From Candidatus Latescibacterota bacterium (lineage in GTDB: Bacteria; Latescibacterota; UBA2968; UBA8231), in assembly GCA_965200315.1 (NCBI GenBank), contig OZ241362.1, positions 4,448,001 through 4,512,000 of the forward strand: a stretch of 64,000 nucleotides of DNA, read 5' to 3'. Positions 50,224 through 59,288 of this stretch are shown piece by piece. Under the pieces are notes generated by a model that made no database searches, had not been told where the DNA came from, and was given only the letters and a program-made list of their open reading frames with translations. Position 1 is the first letter of the stretch; each line of letters starts with the position of its first letter. Both the position numbers and the translations under genes were made by a program.

Positions 50224-51468
50224 TCAACCTCCTCCAATAGATTGGACGGTCTTAAAAAAATCGGGCCAGATGGGCGTCAAGCAATCGCTGCCTTCGATGG
50301 TCAACTCTCCTTCGGCCAACAGCCCAGCCACGGCAAAGGCCATAGTTAAACCGGGATCGCCCTTGCCGTCGAGCCGGCCGCCTTGGAGCGGGAAGCCGCC
50401 TTTGATGACGAGCCCCTCGGGGAACTGGCCGATTCGCGCATCGAGCGAGCGCAGCGCAGCGCACAAATGCTCTACGTGCGGCAGGTCTTCGATATCGCGG
50501 ATGACCGTTGTCCCCGTCGCTTGGGTTGTCAAGACCGCTAGCAATGCGATCTGATCGGCGACCTTGGCCGCCCGCGGCCCGGCCACGCGGGTGGCTTTTA
50601 ACGGGCTGGTGCGCACGTGCAAGTCGCACTCAAAGCGCGTCGCTTCCTCGCGCTTTTTCCCGAGGGCTACCGCAGCGATCGGCGCCCCAATCTGCCGCAA
50701 CAAGTCCAAGAAGGCCCGCTGCCGAGGGCGAATGGCCACGCGCTTGATGGTTAGCTGCGACTCCTTGCGGCATAGCGCAGCCCCTATGAGCGGATAAGCC
50801 AACGCGAGTTGCCCGGGCACCTCTACGTCAGTTGCCTTTAACGCCTGTCCCCCCTCCACCGACAGCAGTCTGCGCCGCTCGACAGCAACCCCACGCTCGC
50901 GCAACAAGCGTTCCATGCGGCTGCCGACTTTCAGCACAGTCGTCCCCTCGGCAAAGAGCGCGGCCACCATTGCGCCCAGCGCGAGGGCGTTGGTCGGTGG
51001 TGCCTCGGAGAGGACGAACCCTTTGGCCTGCTGACCACCGATTACAAAGGTGTCCGTGCGCTCCTGTGCCACGGCGAACCCAAGTTGGGCCAGCAGGTTG
51101 AGCAAGGGCCGACACCGCTCGGCGTCCGCCCCCAACTTCACCGGCGAGCGAAACGTTTGCCCGGCGAGCAAGGGAAGCAACAACAGCGCGGTGTCGCCCA
51201 ACCCCGCTAGGTCAAGTGGGGCCGCTGCCTCCCGAAACCCCCGCAGCCCAACGCCGCGTACCCTATATGTGCCTGTGCGCTCGGCAATGTCAACTCCCAA
51301 CTCGCGCAACAGCGCGACCACGCGGCCAGCAGCAACGGGCACGTGGTGGACAGTACTATCTCCTTCGCTCAGCGCGGCCAACACGAGCGTACGCTCGGCT
51401 GGCTCCCGCTCTCCGGGCACTGAGACTTGCCCGGCGATTTTCTTGGCTGGACTTACGATTGCTGCCAT
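50224..51468 (-). CDS. EPSP synthase (AroA)-like protein with degenerate catalytic motifs
   Basis: AroA scaffold (VPG, LAAL.EG.S, V.G.GL, VPG, G.T.IRD, MAFAVAGL...WPDFF) in an aro operon, but KS, SxQ, KExDR and DHR are absent. Confidence 0.8.
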   Translation of the reverse strand: MAAIVSPAKKIAGQVSVPGEREPAERTLVLAALSEGDSTVHHVPVAAGRVVALLRELGVDIAERTGTYRVRGVGLRGFREAAAPLDLAGLGDTALLLLPLLAGQTFRSPVKLGADAERCRPLLNLLAQLGFAVAQERTDTFVIGGQQAKGFVLSEAPPTNALALGAMVAALFAEGTTVLKVGSRMERLLRERGVAVERRRLLSVEGGQALKATDVEVPGQLALAYPLIGAALCRKESQLTIKRVAIRPRQRAFLDLLRQIGAPIAAVALGKKREEATRFECDLHVRTSPLKATRVAGPRAAKVADQIALLAVLTTQATGTTVIRDIEDLPHVEHLCAALRSLDARIGQFPEGLVIKGGFPLQGGRLDGKGDPGLTMAFAVAGLLAEGELTIEGSDCLTPIWPDFFKTVQSIGGG

Positions 51469-51471
51469 CGA

Positions 51472-52572
51472 CTAGGGCCTCCGCACCACATACCCGAGCC
51501 GAGCCAAAATTCCCAGCGCATTTTCCGCGCTCTCCGCGCTGTCAAACCCCAACCGCAGCGTCCCTCCCTCGCCCTCGCGCACCTTCATCACCTCAATATC
51601 GTTGATGTTCACCCCTTGCGTCCCCAGTGCCTGCCCAATCTCGGCGATGACGCCTGGTCGGTCCTCGGCTAGCACCAAGATCTCGTGCAGTGCGTGAATA
51701 AACCCTTTTGAATCCCGCGGGATGGACCCCCGAATTTCATTGGCAAAATCGAAATCCGCCTTTAGCTCCTCGGCCTCCAGCCGCTCCCTCACTTCCGCGA
51801 GCGCGGTGCTGTAGCGGTCGATCATCGCACGAATCTCGTCGGCATTGGTCGCGCAGATATCCTCCCACACCGGCGCGAACGGGCTGGAAGCAATCCGCGT
51901 CAAATCGCGGAAACCGCCAGCAGCGAGCGGCAGGAAGTGGTCCCGCTCGGCATTCAGCCGCCCGACCATACTCACCAGCGAGGTCGCCAGCATCTGCGGC
52001 AGGTGGCTGATAGCGGCGACCGCCCGGTCGTGTGCCCCAGCGTCCAGTTCCATAACCCGTGCCCCAACCTGACTCAAGAGCGCAGTCAATGCTTGGTAGC
52101 ACTCGGCCGGCACCTTCTGGTCGGGGACCAAAATGTAGATCGCATTCTGGAAGAGGAACGGATCGGCCGCGGCCACGCCCGCCTTTTCAGAGCCAGCCAT
52201 TGGGTGGCCGCCGACAAAGTACATCTCGTCGCTGAAATGAGCTTGGGCCGCCGCGACAATGCGCCGCTTGGTGCTCCCCACATCGGTAACCAGCGTCCCC
52301 GGCTCGGCGAGCCGCCCCACCTCTGCAATCAGCGTGAGAATCCGCTTGATCGGGGTGCAGATAAAGACCAAGTCGGCGCCTTTGAGTGCGCACTCCAGCT
52401 CGTCGTAGCCCCAACCCTCGTCGATCACGCCCAACTCCAGCGCGCGGGCGATGGTTGCGGGGCGGCTTACGCCCACAAGCCGCCCGCCAAAGCCGGTGCG
52501 CTGGAGTGCCAAGCCTATTGAGCCGCCAATCAGGCCCACGCCGACGATGACGGCCCGCCGGAAGAAGGCTAG
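51472..52572 (-). CDS. tyrA: Prephenate dehydrogenase with C-terminal ACT domain; no canonical start upstream of the Rossmann strand
   Basis: AVIVGVGLIGGS, TDVGSTK, GGHPMAGSE, HD...A.ISHLP, GFRD.TRIASS, DRPG. Confidence 0.88.
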   Translation of the reverse strand, partial: LAFFRRAVIVGVGLIGGSIGLALQRTGFGGRLVGVSRPATIARALELGVIDEGWGYDELECALKGADLVFICTPIKRILTLIAEVGRLAEPGTLVTDVGSTKRRIVAAAQAHFSDEMYFVGGHPMAGSEKAGVAAADPFLFQNAIYILVPDQKVPAECYQALTALLSQVGARVMELDAGAHDRAVAAISHLPQMLATSLVSMVGRLNAERDHFLPLAAGGFRDLTRIASSPFAPVWEDICATNADEIRAMIDRYSTALAEVRERLEAEELKADFDFANEIRGSIPRDSKGFIHALHEILVLAEDRPGVIAEIGQALGTQGVNINDIEVMKVREGEGGTLRLGFDSAESAENALGILARLGYVVRRP

Positions 52573-52832
52573 GTCTCCTCGCGTTCAAAGTTGGTGGTGA
52601 GTTCGATGAGCAGCCGGTAGAGCATCTCTAGGGCCTCGTCCTTCATCGGCCCTTGGTTGTAGGCCTTGATCTTGGCGAGCACGATGCGCTCGCGTTCGGC
52701 ATCGCGTATTGGTTTTCCCGCGGCCTTTTTGATTCGCCCGATCTCTTGCGCGCACTGTATGCGCTCGTTGAGCAGATCGATCAGTTGCTGGTCGATGCCA
52801 TCTATGCGTTCGCGCCAGTCACTCAGGTCCAT
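52569..52832 (-). CDS. Chorismate mutase (AroQ type)
   Basis: L...RERID.ID.QL..LLNER...A.EIG..K, D.ERE. Confidence 0.92.
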   Translation of the reverse strand: MDLSDWRERIDGIDQQLIDLLNERIQCAQEIGRIKKAAGKPIRDAERERIVLAKIKAYNQGPMKDEALEMLYRLLIELTTNFEREET

Positions 52833-52841
52833 AGTTGCCCC

Positions 52842-53825
52842 TTACCGATGTCCCATGGCTCGGCGGACCGCATCCATTGTCGCGTCGACGATCGGGCGCA
52901 GCTCCTCGACGCTCTCGGCGAGCACCCCGTCAATGTACGCGGGATCCGCGGTCAACTTCCGATAGCGAGCTTGAATCGGTTCGATCTCGGCGAGGACCAC
53001 TGCGGCCAGTTCCTTTTTTAAGTCGCCGTACCCTTTGCCGGCAAAATGCGCCTCAATCTCGTCGTTCTCTAGGCCGGTCAACGCCTGATAGATGGTCAGG
53101 AGGTTGTACAGCCCGGGGCGCTGCGGGTCGAGGACAATGTCGCGCTGCGAATCCGTCACCGCCCGCATGATCGTCTTGCGGACAGTGGCTGGGTCATCGA
53201 GCAAACCGATGCTGTGGTACTGGCCCTCGGCGGATTTAGACATTTTCGCGGTCGGATCGTCGAGCCCCATGATCCGCGCCCCAACTTGCGGAATGACTGG
53301 CTCGGGCACGGTGAACACCTCGCCGAACTGGCGATTGAACCGCTCGGCGATGTCGCGGGTCAGTTCCACGTGCTGTTTTTGGTCGTCGCCGACCGGCACC
53401 TCGTGCGCCTGATAGAGCAAAATATCGGCCGCCATCAACGCTGGATAGACGAACAGTCCGGTGCCGACGCGCTCGCGCCGCGCCCCCACCCGATCCTTGA
53501 ACTGGGTCATCCGCTCTAGCCAGCCCATCGGCGTGATGCAGGTCAACAGCCAAGCCAACTCAGTGTGCTCCGGGATGTGCGACTGCACGAAGAGGCGACA
53601 CTTTTGCGGATCGAGGCCGCAGGCGATGTACAGGGCCACGGCCTCGCGCGTACCGCAGCGCAAAGCCTGCGGGTCGTAGGGCCCGGTGATCGCGTGCTGA
53701 TCGACCACGCAGAAGATGTTGTCGCGGTCCGCTAGGTTGGCCAGCCAGTTGCGGACGGCCCCGATGTAGTTGCCGATGTGGATGTGGCCCGAAGGCTGAA
53801 TGCCCGAAAACACTCGTTTTTTCAC
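52842..53825 (-). CDS. trpS: Tryptophan--tRNA ligase
   Basis: SGIQPSG..HIGNY.GA, YP.LMAADIL, VPVG.DQ.QH.E, KMSKS. Confidence 0.97.
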   Translation of the reverse strand: MKKRVFSGIQPSGHIHIGNYIGAVRNWLANLADRDNIFCVVDQHAITGPYDPQALRCGTREAVALYIACGLDPQKCRLFVQSHIPEHTELAWLLTCITPMGWLERMTQFKDRVGARRERVGTGLFVYPALMAADILLYQAHEVPVGDDQKQHVELTRDIAERFNRQFGEVFTVPEPVIPQVGARIMGLDDPTAKMSKSAEGQYHSIGLLDDPATVRKTIMRAVTDSQRDIVLDPQRPGLYNLLTIYQALTGLENDEIEAHFAGKGYGDLKKELAAVVLAEIEPIQARYRKLTADPAYIDGVLAESVEELRPIVDATMDAVRRAMGHR

Positions 53826-54601
53826 GTGCCCAATAGCTCCCTCACTTTAGCCCCGATATCGGCTTCGCGCATCAGGGATTCGCCGACCAAGATCGCATCG
53901 ACGCCGGCGCCGGCGAGCCGCTCGACATCGCGGCGATGTTCAATTCCGCTCTCGCTGACCACGACAGCCCCCTCCGGCATCTGCTCCAGAAGCGCGAAAG
54001 TCGTCTCCAAGGTCGTCTCGAAGGTCCGCAGATCGCGGTTGTTGACGCCGATGAGCCGGGCACCGGCCGCTTTGGCCCGCGTCAGTTCCGCTCCATCGTG
54101 GACTTCAACGAGCGCGTCTAATTCCAACTCGCTGGCGAGGCCAAGATAGTCGTCGAGCTGGCTGGAGTCCATTAGCGCCACGATCAGCAAAACGGCGTCA
54201 GCACCGATGACGCGGGCTTCGTAGAGCTGGTACTCGTCGATAGTGAAGTCCTTGCGCAACACTGGCAAGCCCGCAACCTCTTTGGCCATCTGCACATACG
54301 CATCGCATCCCTGAAAATACGCCTCGTCCGTCAATACCGAAAGACAGCGCGCACCATGAGCGGCATACGCATCGGCGATCCACTCGGGGTCGAAGTCGGC
54401 ACGGATGACACCTTTGGACGGCGAGGCTTTTTTTACCTCGGCGATCAACGCAATCTCGTCCGCAGTTAGCGCCCCTATAAAATCGGCCGGCGAGGACGTA
54501 TCGCGCGCCTGTGACCGCACATCGGCCAAACTGCGCTGACGCTGGCGGTCGGCGACGAACTCGCGCTTGTACGCGGCTATTTGGCTTAGGATATCCGCCA
54601 T
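53822..54601 (-). CDS. trpC: Indole-3-glycerol phosphate synthase
   Basis: IAEVKKASPSKG, SVLTD, LRKDF, GVNNRDL, SESGI, LVGESLM. Confidence 0.96.
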   Translation of the reverse strand: MADILSQIAAYKREFVADRQRQRSLADVRSQARDTSSPADFIGALTADEIALIAEVKKASPSKGVIRADFDPEWIADAYAAHGARCLSVLTDEAYFQGCDAYVQMAKEVAGLPVLRKDFTIDEYQLYEARVIGADAVLLIVALMDSSQLDDYLGLASELELDALVEVHDGAELTRAKAAGARLIGVNNRDLRTFETTLETTFALLEQMPEGAVVVSESGIEHRRDVERLAGAGVDAILVGESLMREADIGAKVRELLGT

Positions 54602-54603
54602 CG

Positions 54604-55614
54604 TCAGGAGTTGCTTACCTCGACCAGCCGCTCTAGGGCTTGGCGCGCCTGGCCCGAGTCTATGGATTCTTGGGCTACTTCGAGACCAGCGGTTATATCC
54701 TCGGCCAGCCCGCCAACGACTATGGCCGCGGCCGCGTTGAGCAACACTACATCGCGCTGTGGCCCCTCCTCGCCGTCGAGTACCTCGCGCAGGATGCGCG
54801 CATTGTAGGCCGCGTCGCCGCCTTTGAGGGCCCAGGCTGAGACTGTCTGCAAACCAAAATCCTCTGGGTGGAGCTGGCGCGTATTGATTTGTCCGTCTCT
54901 AAGCTCGCTGACCTGCGTCGGCCCGGTCAGGGTGATCTCGTCTAGCCCGTCCGCGCCGTGTACCACCAAGGCCCGCGCCGATCCCAACTCGCGCAGCACC
55001 CCGGCGAGCACCTCGGTCAACGCGCCATCGTACACCCCGAGCAATTGCCTTTGGGCTCCGGCCGGATTGGTCAGCGGCCCCAAGGCGTTAAAAACCGTGC
55101 GAGTGGCCAACTCCCGGCGCGGGCCAATGGCGTGTTTCATCGCCCCGTGCAAGGCCACCGCAAAGAGGAAGCCGATGCCGACTTCGTCGATGCACTCGCC
55201 GACCTTTTCCGGCGTGGCTGCGACGTTGACGCCGAGCTCGCCGAGCACGTCCGCCGAGCCGCACTGGCTCGATATGGATCGGTTGCCGTGCTTGGCCACC
55301 GCTAGGCCCGCGCCGCAGGCGACAAAGGCTACCGCAGTAGAAATGTTGAAGGTGCCCGAGGCATCGCCGCCGGTGCCACAGGTATCGATGAGATCGGGGC
55401 GCACCGTCGCTATGGGCGTGGCTTTCTCGCGCATGACTTCGGCGCAGCCGGCGATCTCGTCGATGGTCTCGCCCTTGATCCGCAGGGCGACGAGAAACGC
55501 GCCGATCTGCGCGTCGGTGGCTTGGCCGCTCATGATCTGCTCCATGGCCGCCCGCGCCGCGGCGCGACTCAAATCCGCTCCGGCGATCAGGTCTTTTATA
55601 GCTTCTTGTATCAT
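54604..55614 (-). CDS. trpD: Anthranilate phosphoribosyltransferase
   Basis: DTCGTGGD...TFNIST, KHGNR, GSAD.L, LGPLTNP, GLDE. Confidence 0.96.
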   Translation of the reverse strand: MIQEAIKDLIAGADLSRAAARAAMEQIMSGQATDAQIGAFLVALRIKGETIDEIAGCAEVMREKATPIATVRPDLIDTCGTGGDASGTFNISTAVAFVACGAGLAVAKHGNRSISSQCGSADVLGELGVNVAATPEKVGECIDEVGIGFLFAVALHGAMKHAIGPRRELATRTVFNALGPLTNPAGAQRQLLGVYDGALTEVLAGVLRELGSARALVVHGADGLDEITLTGPTQVSELRDGQINTRQLHPEDFGLQTVSAWALKGGDAAYNARILREVLDGEEGPQRDVVLLNAAAAIVVGGLAEDITAGLEVAQESIDSGQARQALERLVEVSNS

Positions 55615-55624
55615 GCTCGCTCCC

Positions 55625-56188
55625 CTATATGCGAAGAAAATTGGCCAGCAGTTGTTTGCCTTCTATCGTCAGAATCGATTCCGGGTGGAACTGCACCCCT
55701 TCGAGGGGCCAGCGCCGGTGCCGAAGCCCCATAATGGTCCCATCGTCGCTTTCCGCCGATACTTCGAGGCATTCGGGTAAACTCGCTCGCTCGACAGCCA
55801 GCGAGTGATAGCGAGTGGCCGCGAAGGGGTTTTGCAGGCCGGCGAACAGGGTGCGGCCGTCGTGTTGCACGGCCGTCGCACGGCCGTGGACAATCTCGCT
55901 GGCCCGCAGGACGCGCCCGCCGCAAACTTGGGCGATGACTTGGTGCCCTAAGCACACGCCTAAAATGGGAACCACACCGGCCAACTGCTCGACGAGTGCG
56001 CACGAAATTCCAGCTTGCGCTGGGCCACCGGGACCAGGCGATATAACGACGCGCTCGGGCGCGAGTGCCACCGCTGCGGCGACCGTCAATTCGTCGTTGT
56101 GCAAGACCTTGGTCGCCGCCCCTAATTCCTCTAAATAATGCACCAAATTGTAGGTAAAGGAGTCGTAGTTATCAAGTATCAGCAGCAT
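55625..56188 (-). CDS. Glutamine amidotransferase (TrpG/PabA)
   Basis: DNYDSFTYNL, SPGPG, GVCLGHQ, RYHSL, QFHPES. Confidence 0.94.
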   Translation of the reverse strand: MLLILDNYDSFTYNLVHYLEELGAATKVLHNDELTVAAAVALAPERVVISPGPGGPAQAGISCALVEQLAGVVPILGVCLGHQVIAQVCGGRVLRASEIVHGRATAVQHDGRTLFAGLQNPFAATRYHSLAVERASLPECLEVSAESDDGTIMGLRHRRWPLEGVQFHPESILTIEGKQLLANFLRI

Positions 56189-56192
56189 GGCT

Positions 56193-58367
56193 TCAGCGCG
56201 CTAGTTTCCCTATTACTTGGGCAATCAGCCGCAAGCCTAAATCGTCCTTGAGCGTCAAGATCGACTCCGGGTGAAACTGCACGGCCGCCACTGGTAATTC
56301 GCGGTGTTCCACAGCCATGATGACCTCGTCGGTCTGCGCTAACACCCGCAAGCACTCGGGCAACTTCTCCGGCACGGCATAGAGCGAGTGATAGCGCCCG
56401 GCGACAAACTCCGTGGGAAACCCAGCGAAAATCCCTTCCGGCGTGCAGTGGATCGTCGATTTCTTGCCGTGCATCGGGTAGGAAAGCACCCCTAACTCGC
56501 CACCGAGCGCCTCGACGATGCCCTGCAAGCCGAGGCACACGCCGAAAACCGGCAGCGTACGTCGGACGCACTCGTCGACCAACTCCGGTACGCCGAATTC
56601 CTCGGGCATACCGGGCCCCGGCGAGATAAAGACCAGATCGGGATCAAACTCGGCGAAGACGCGCTGGGGGTCGCGCAGGCCCCGCACACCACTGCCGTCG
56701 CGCGCTCTCGCAGCGCGCACGGTCACCACTTCGGCTCCCGTCTGCCGCACGTAATCGCCGAGCATGTGGACGAAAGAGTCGCGGTTATCGACAAAGAGCA
56801 CCCGCTTGCCCTGCCCGGAAGCCGCGATTTGCACACTCTTCTTCGCGGCATCGTTCGCGCCGATCACCGCGTTGATAAAGGTCTCGGCCTTGGCCCGCGT
56901 TTCGCGCTCCTCGGCGTCCGGGTCCGAGTCGCAGAGGAGGGTCGCCCCGGCCCGCACTTGGGCCATGCCGTCCTCCAAGTGTACGGTGCGAATGGTGATT
57001 CCGGTGTTTATCTCGCCGCTAAAGAGCAGCATGCCAATGCAGCCGCCGTACCAGCGCCGCGCCGAGTTTTCCAGTTCCTCAATTTTCTGCATGGCCGCTG
57101 GCTTGGGTGCGCCGGTAAGTGTTACCGCCCATAGATGCGAAAGCAGGGCGTCGAATCCATCGCAGTCGTCCTTCAGCTCGCCGACGACTTGGTCTACGGT
57201 GTGAAAGACCTTGGAGTACTTTTCGATCATCCGCCGCCCGACCACTCGCACCGATCCTTCCTTGCAAACCCGCGCTTTGTCGTTGCGGTCGACGTCCGTA
57301 CACATGTTCAACTCGGCTTCGTCCTTTTTTGAGTTGAGCAAGTCGCGGATTTGCTCGGCGTCCTCCATCACGGTTTTGCCGCGGCCAATGGTCCCGGCAA
57401 TCGGACTGGTCTCGACGAATGACCCGTTGACCCGCACGAACATCTCGGGCGAAGCACCGATCAGATACTCGTCGCCGAGGTTGATGAAAAACTCATAGGG
57501 GCTGGGACTAGTGCGGCGAATATTCTCAAAGAGGGTGTGCGGGCTGCCGACATAGCCCGCGCTGAGCACTTGGCTCGGGGTCACTTCAAAGAAGTCGCCG
57601 CGCTCGGTCCCGGCGATGACCTCGCGCACTTTGTCGGCGTATTCCCCAGGGGCGTGGTCGCACGTGATCTCGGTCGCTGCGCCGCGCACATAAGGCACGG
57701 CGTCCGTGCAGCGCGCCAAGCCCTCGGTTGAAGCCCCGTTAGCGGCAAATTCATAGTGGTAGCGCCGCGCCTGCTCCTTGCGGTGATCGACGACGACCAA
57801 TTCGTCTGGCAAAAAGAGGTGCAGATCGGGCCGGTCTTCGCGGCGCGGGTGGCACAGTTGGAGCGGCTCAAACTGGAGTACCAAGTCGTAGCCCAGTGCC
57901 CCGTAAAACCCCAAGTGGTTTTCGCCCTCAGCTCGCATCTGCGCCATTAGGGCGCGCAGGACGCTGAAGATCGTCGGCTGCTTGGAACGCTCCTCTTCGG
58001 GGAAGTACTCGGGCATGGGTGCCACCGCGCCTTTGAGCTGCCCCTCGGTTCGCTTCAACTCAATCACATGTTCGTGCTGGGCAAGGCTCCCGCGAAAGAT
58101 ATCCAGCAGCATCTCGCCGCGGGCGTTGAGTGCCCGCAAGGCAAAGGCGCGCTGACGCGCCACCAGTTCCAGCGGCGGATCGACGAAGCCGATGTCCCAG
58201 CGACTGTACCGCCCTGGATACTCGTAGCCGCTGGCAAAGACCGCACCTCGGTGAGTATTGAGCCGTTCGAGCAGAGACGTTAGCGGCCTTTCTATGGGTA
58301 ATTCCTCGGTTTGGCGCTTGACTTCGACGCCGCCAGCCGTGCGAAAAGTTTCCGTGTGAATGGTCAT
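56193..58367 (-). CDS. trpE: Fused anthranilate synthase components I and II (TrpE-G)
   Basis: S.YEYPGRYSRWDIGF, GASPEMFVR, PIAGT, DVDRND, TGAPK; C-terminal DSFVH, GVCLG.Q, QFHPES. Confidence 0.94.
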   Translation of the reverse strand: MTIHTETFRTAGGVEVKRQTEELPIERPLTSLLERLNTHRGAVFASGYEYPGRYSRWDIGFVDPPLELVARQRAFALRALNARGEMLLDIFRGSLAQHEHVIELKRTEGQLKGAVAPMPEYFPEEERSKQPTIFSVLRALMAQMRAEGENHLGFYGALGYDLVLQFEPLQLCHPRREDRPDLHLFLPDELVVVDHRKEQARRYHYEFAANGASTEGLARCTDAVPYVRGAATEITCDHAPGEYADKVREVIAGTERGDFFEVTPSQVLSAGYVGSPHTLFENIRRTSPSPYEFFINLGDEYLIGASPEMFVRVNGSFVETSPIAGTIGRGKTVMEDAEQIRDLLNSKKDEAELNMCTDVDRNDKARVCKEGSVRVVGRRMIEKYSKVFHTVDQVVGELKDDCDGFDALLSHLWAVTLTGAPKPAAMQKIEELENSARRWYGGCIGMLLFSGEINTGITIRTVHLEDGMAQVRAGATLLCDSDPDAEERETRAKAETFINAVIGANDAAKKSVQIAASGQGKRVLFVDNRDSFVHMLGDYVRQTGAEVVTVRAARARDGSGVRGLRDPQRVFAEFDPDLVFISPGPGMPEEFGVPELVDECVRRTLPVFGVCLGLQGIVEALGGELGVLSYPMHGKKSTIHCTPEGIFAGFPTEFVAGRYHSLYAVPEKLPECLRVLAQTDEVIMAVEHRELPVAAVQFHPESILTLKDDLGLRLIAQVIGKLAR

Positions 58368-58383
58368 GGCGTTCTCCAAGAAC

Positions 58384-58416
58384 AAAAAAACGCGGACACC
58401 CGAGGGCATCCGCGTT
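58384..58416 (-). terminator. Attenuator terminator upstream of trpE
   Basis: mRNA ACGCGGAUGCC-CUCG-GGUGUCCGCGU followed by a U-run. Confidence 0.85.
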
Positions 58417-58439
58417 GGATTGAAAAATCTCGTCGCAGT

Positions 58440-58520
58440 CTAGCGGATGGACGCACCTCTCTCCCGGCTCGGGGGATACCAAGCGCGCCACCAGCGACGA
58501 ATGTGAGGCGAAAATTTCAT
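58440..58520 (-). CDS. trpL: Trp leader peptide (26 aa)
   Basis: MKFSPHIRRWWRAWYPPSRERGASIR; three Trp codons directly upstream of the terminator and trpE. Confidence 0.85.
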   Translation of the reverse strand: MKFSPHIRRWWRAWYPPSRERGASIR

Positions 58521-58529
58521 AACGGGCAA

Positions 58530-58558
58530 AAAGTAAAGGGGCCGCTAGTACCTGTCAA
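58530..58558 (-). promoter_or_regulatory. Putative sigma70 promoter of the trp leader/operon
   Basis: TTGACA-17 nt-TACTTT on the minus strand. Confidence 0.65.
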
Positions 58559-58579
58559 GCTGTTGGCGAATCAATGCCG

Positions 58580-58951
58580 CTACGGCAGAGGGCATATAAC
58601 CACCCGGCCTCCGTCTACGACTTGAACGATCAACTCACAGCCGTAAAGCAGAGACATGCCAACAAGAGGAGCACAGTCTGCCTCGTCCACAGCAATCCGT
58701 CTCGGCCTGCTATTCCATGTGACAGTGGCCTCGTAGATATCGAAAAGGCTGTCTCGGCCATCGGCTAGCATAGCCCGCCCCCGCCGGCACCAGACAAGAC
58801 CCAACTCCTGAATGAGGGATGCCGGAAGCGTCAGGAAACCGTTGAAACCTGTATCGACAACCGCATCGATTGAGCACCTCCGGTTTTGGGGTCCCCTCAC
58901 ATTCAGAGAGATGATGGCTTCGCGGTATGCAGTAACATGGCCGGTTATCAT
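58580..58951 (-). CDS. Clan AA (retropepsin-like) aspartic protease
   Basis: DAVVDTGFNGFLTLP, LADG, PLVGMSLL; ATG 58951 overlaps the upstream stop. Confidence 0.88.
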   Translation of the reverse strand: MITGHVTAYREAIISLNVRGPQNRRCSIDAVVDTGFNGFLTLPASLIQELGLVWCRRGRAMLADGRDSLFDIYEATVTWNSRPRRIAVDEADCAPLVGMSLLYGCELIVQVVDGGRVVICPLP

Positions 58952-59223
58952 GCGCCTCCCCCCCGTTCGCACGGTCCAAAGCGGCGGGCATACCGGGATC
59001 CGACGCGTCTTGTCCACATTTGTGCATCGAGTCTGCGGGCAAGAAGCCGGTCGGATGCAGCTAGTTCGTCCTGATCAATTTCATAATCCCCCGTCTCGAT
59101 GTCGATGATCACGAACTTACCTTCGTCGTCAGGTTCAACATGGGGGCTTATATCTCGGTCATAAATCTCATCGCCGCGGCGGGCGAACTCCTCTTTGCTG
59201 TACCGAGGTTTTGATACGGACAT
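58948..59223 (-). CDS. Small conserved protein coupled to the aspartic protease
   Basis: EEFARRGDEIY...I.......GKFV.IDIETGDYEID.DE..AS.RL. Confidence 0.75.
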   Translation of the reverse strand: MSVSKPRYSKEEFARRGDEIYDRDISPHVEPDDEGKFVIIDIETGDYEIDQDELAASDRLLARRLDAQMWTRRVGSRYARRFGPCERGGGA

Positions 59224-59288
59224 ATCGTTTCGCCTTGCGATTACAGGGGCCGCTCTTCTGAAGTTACTGACGGATGGTACGTCCGCCC

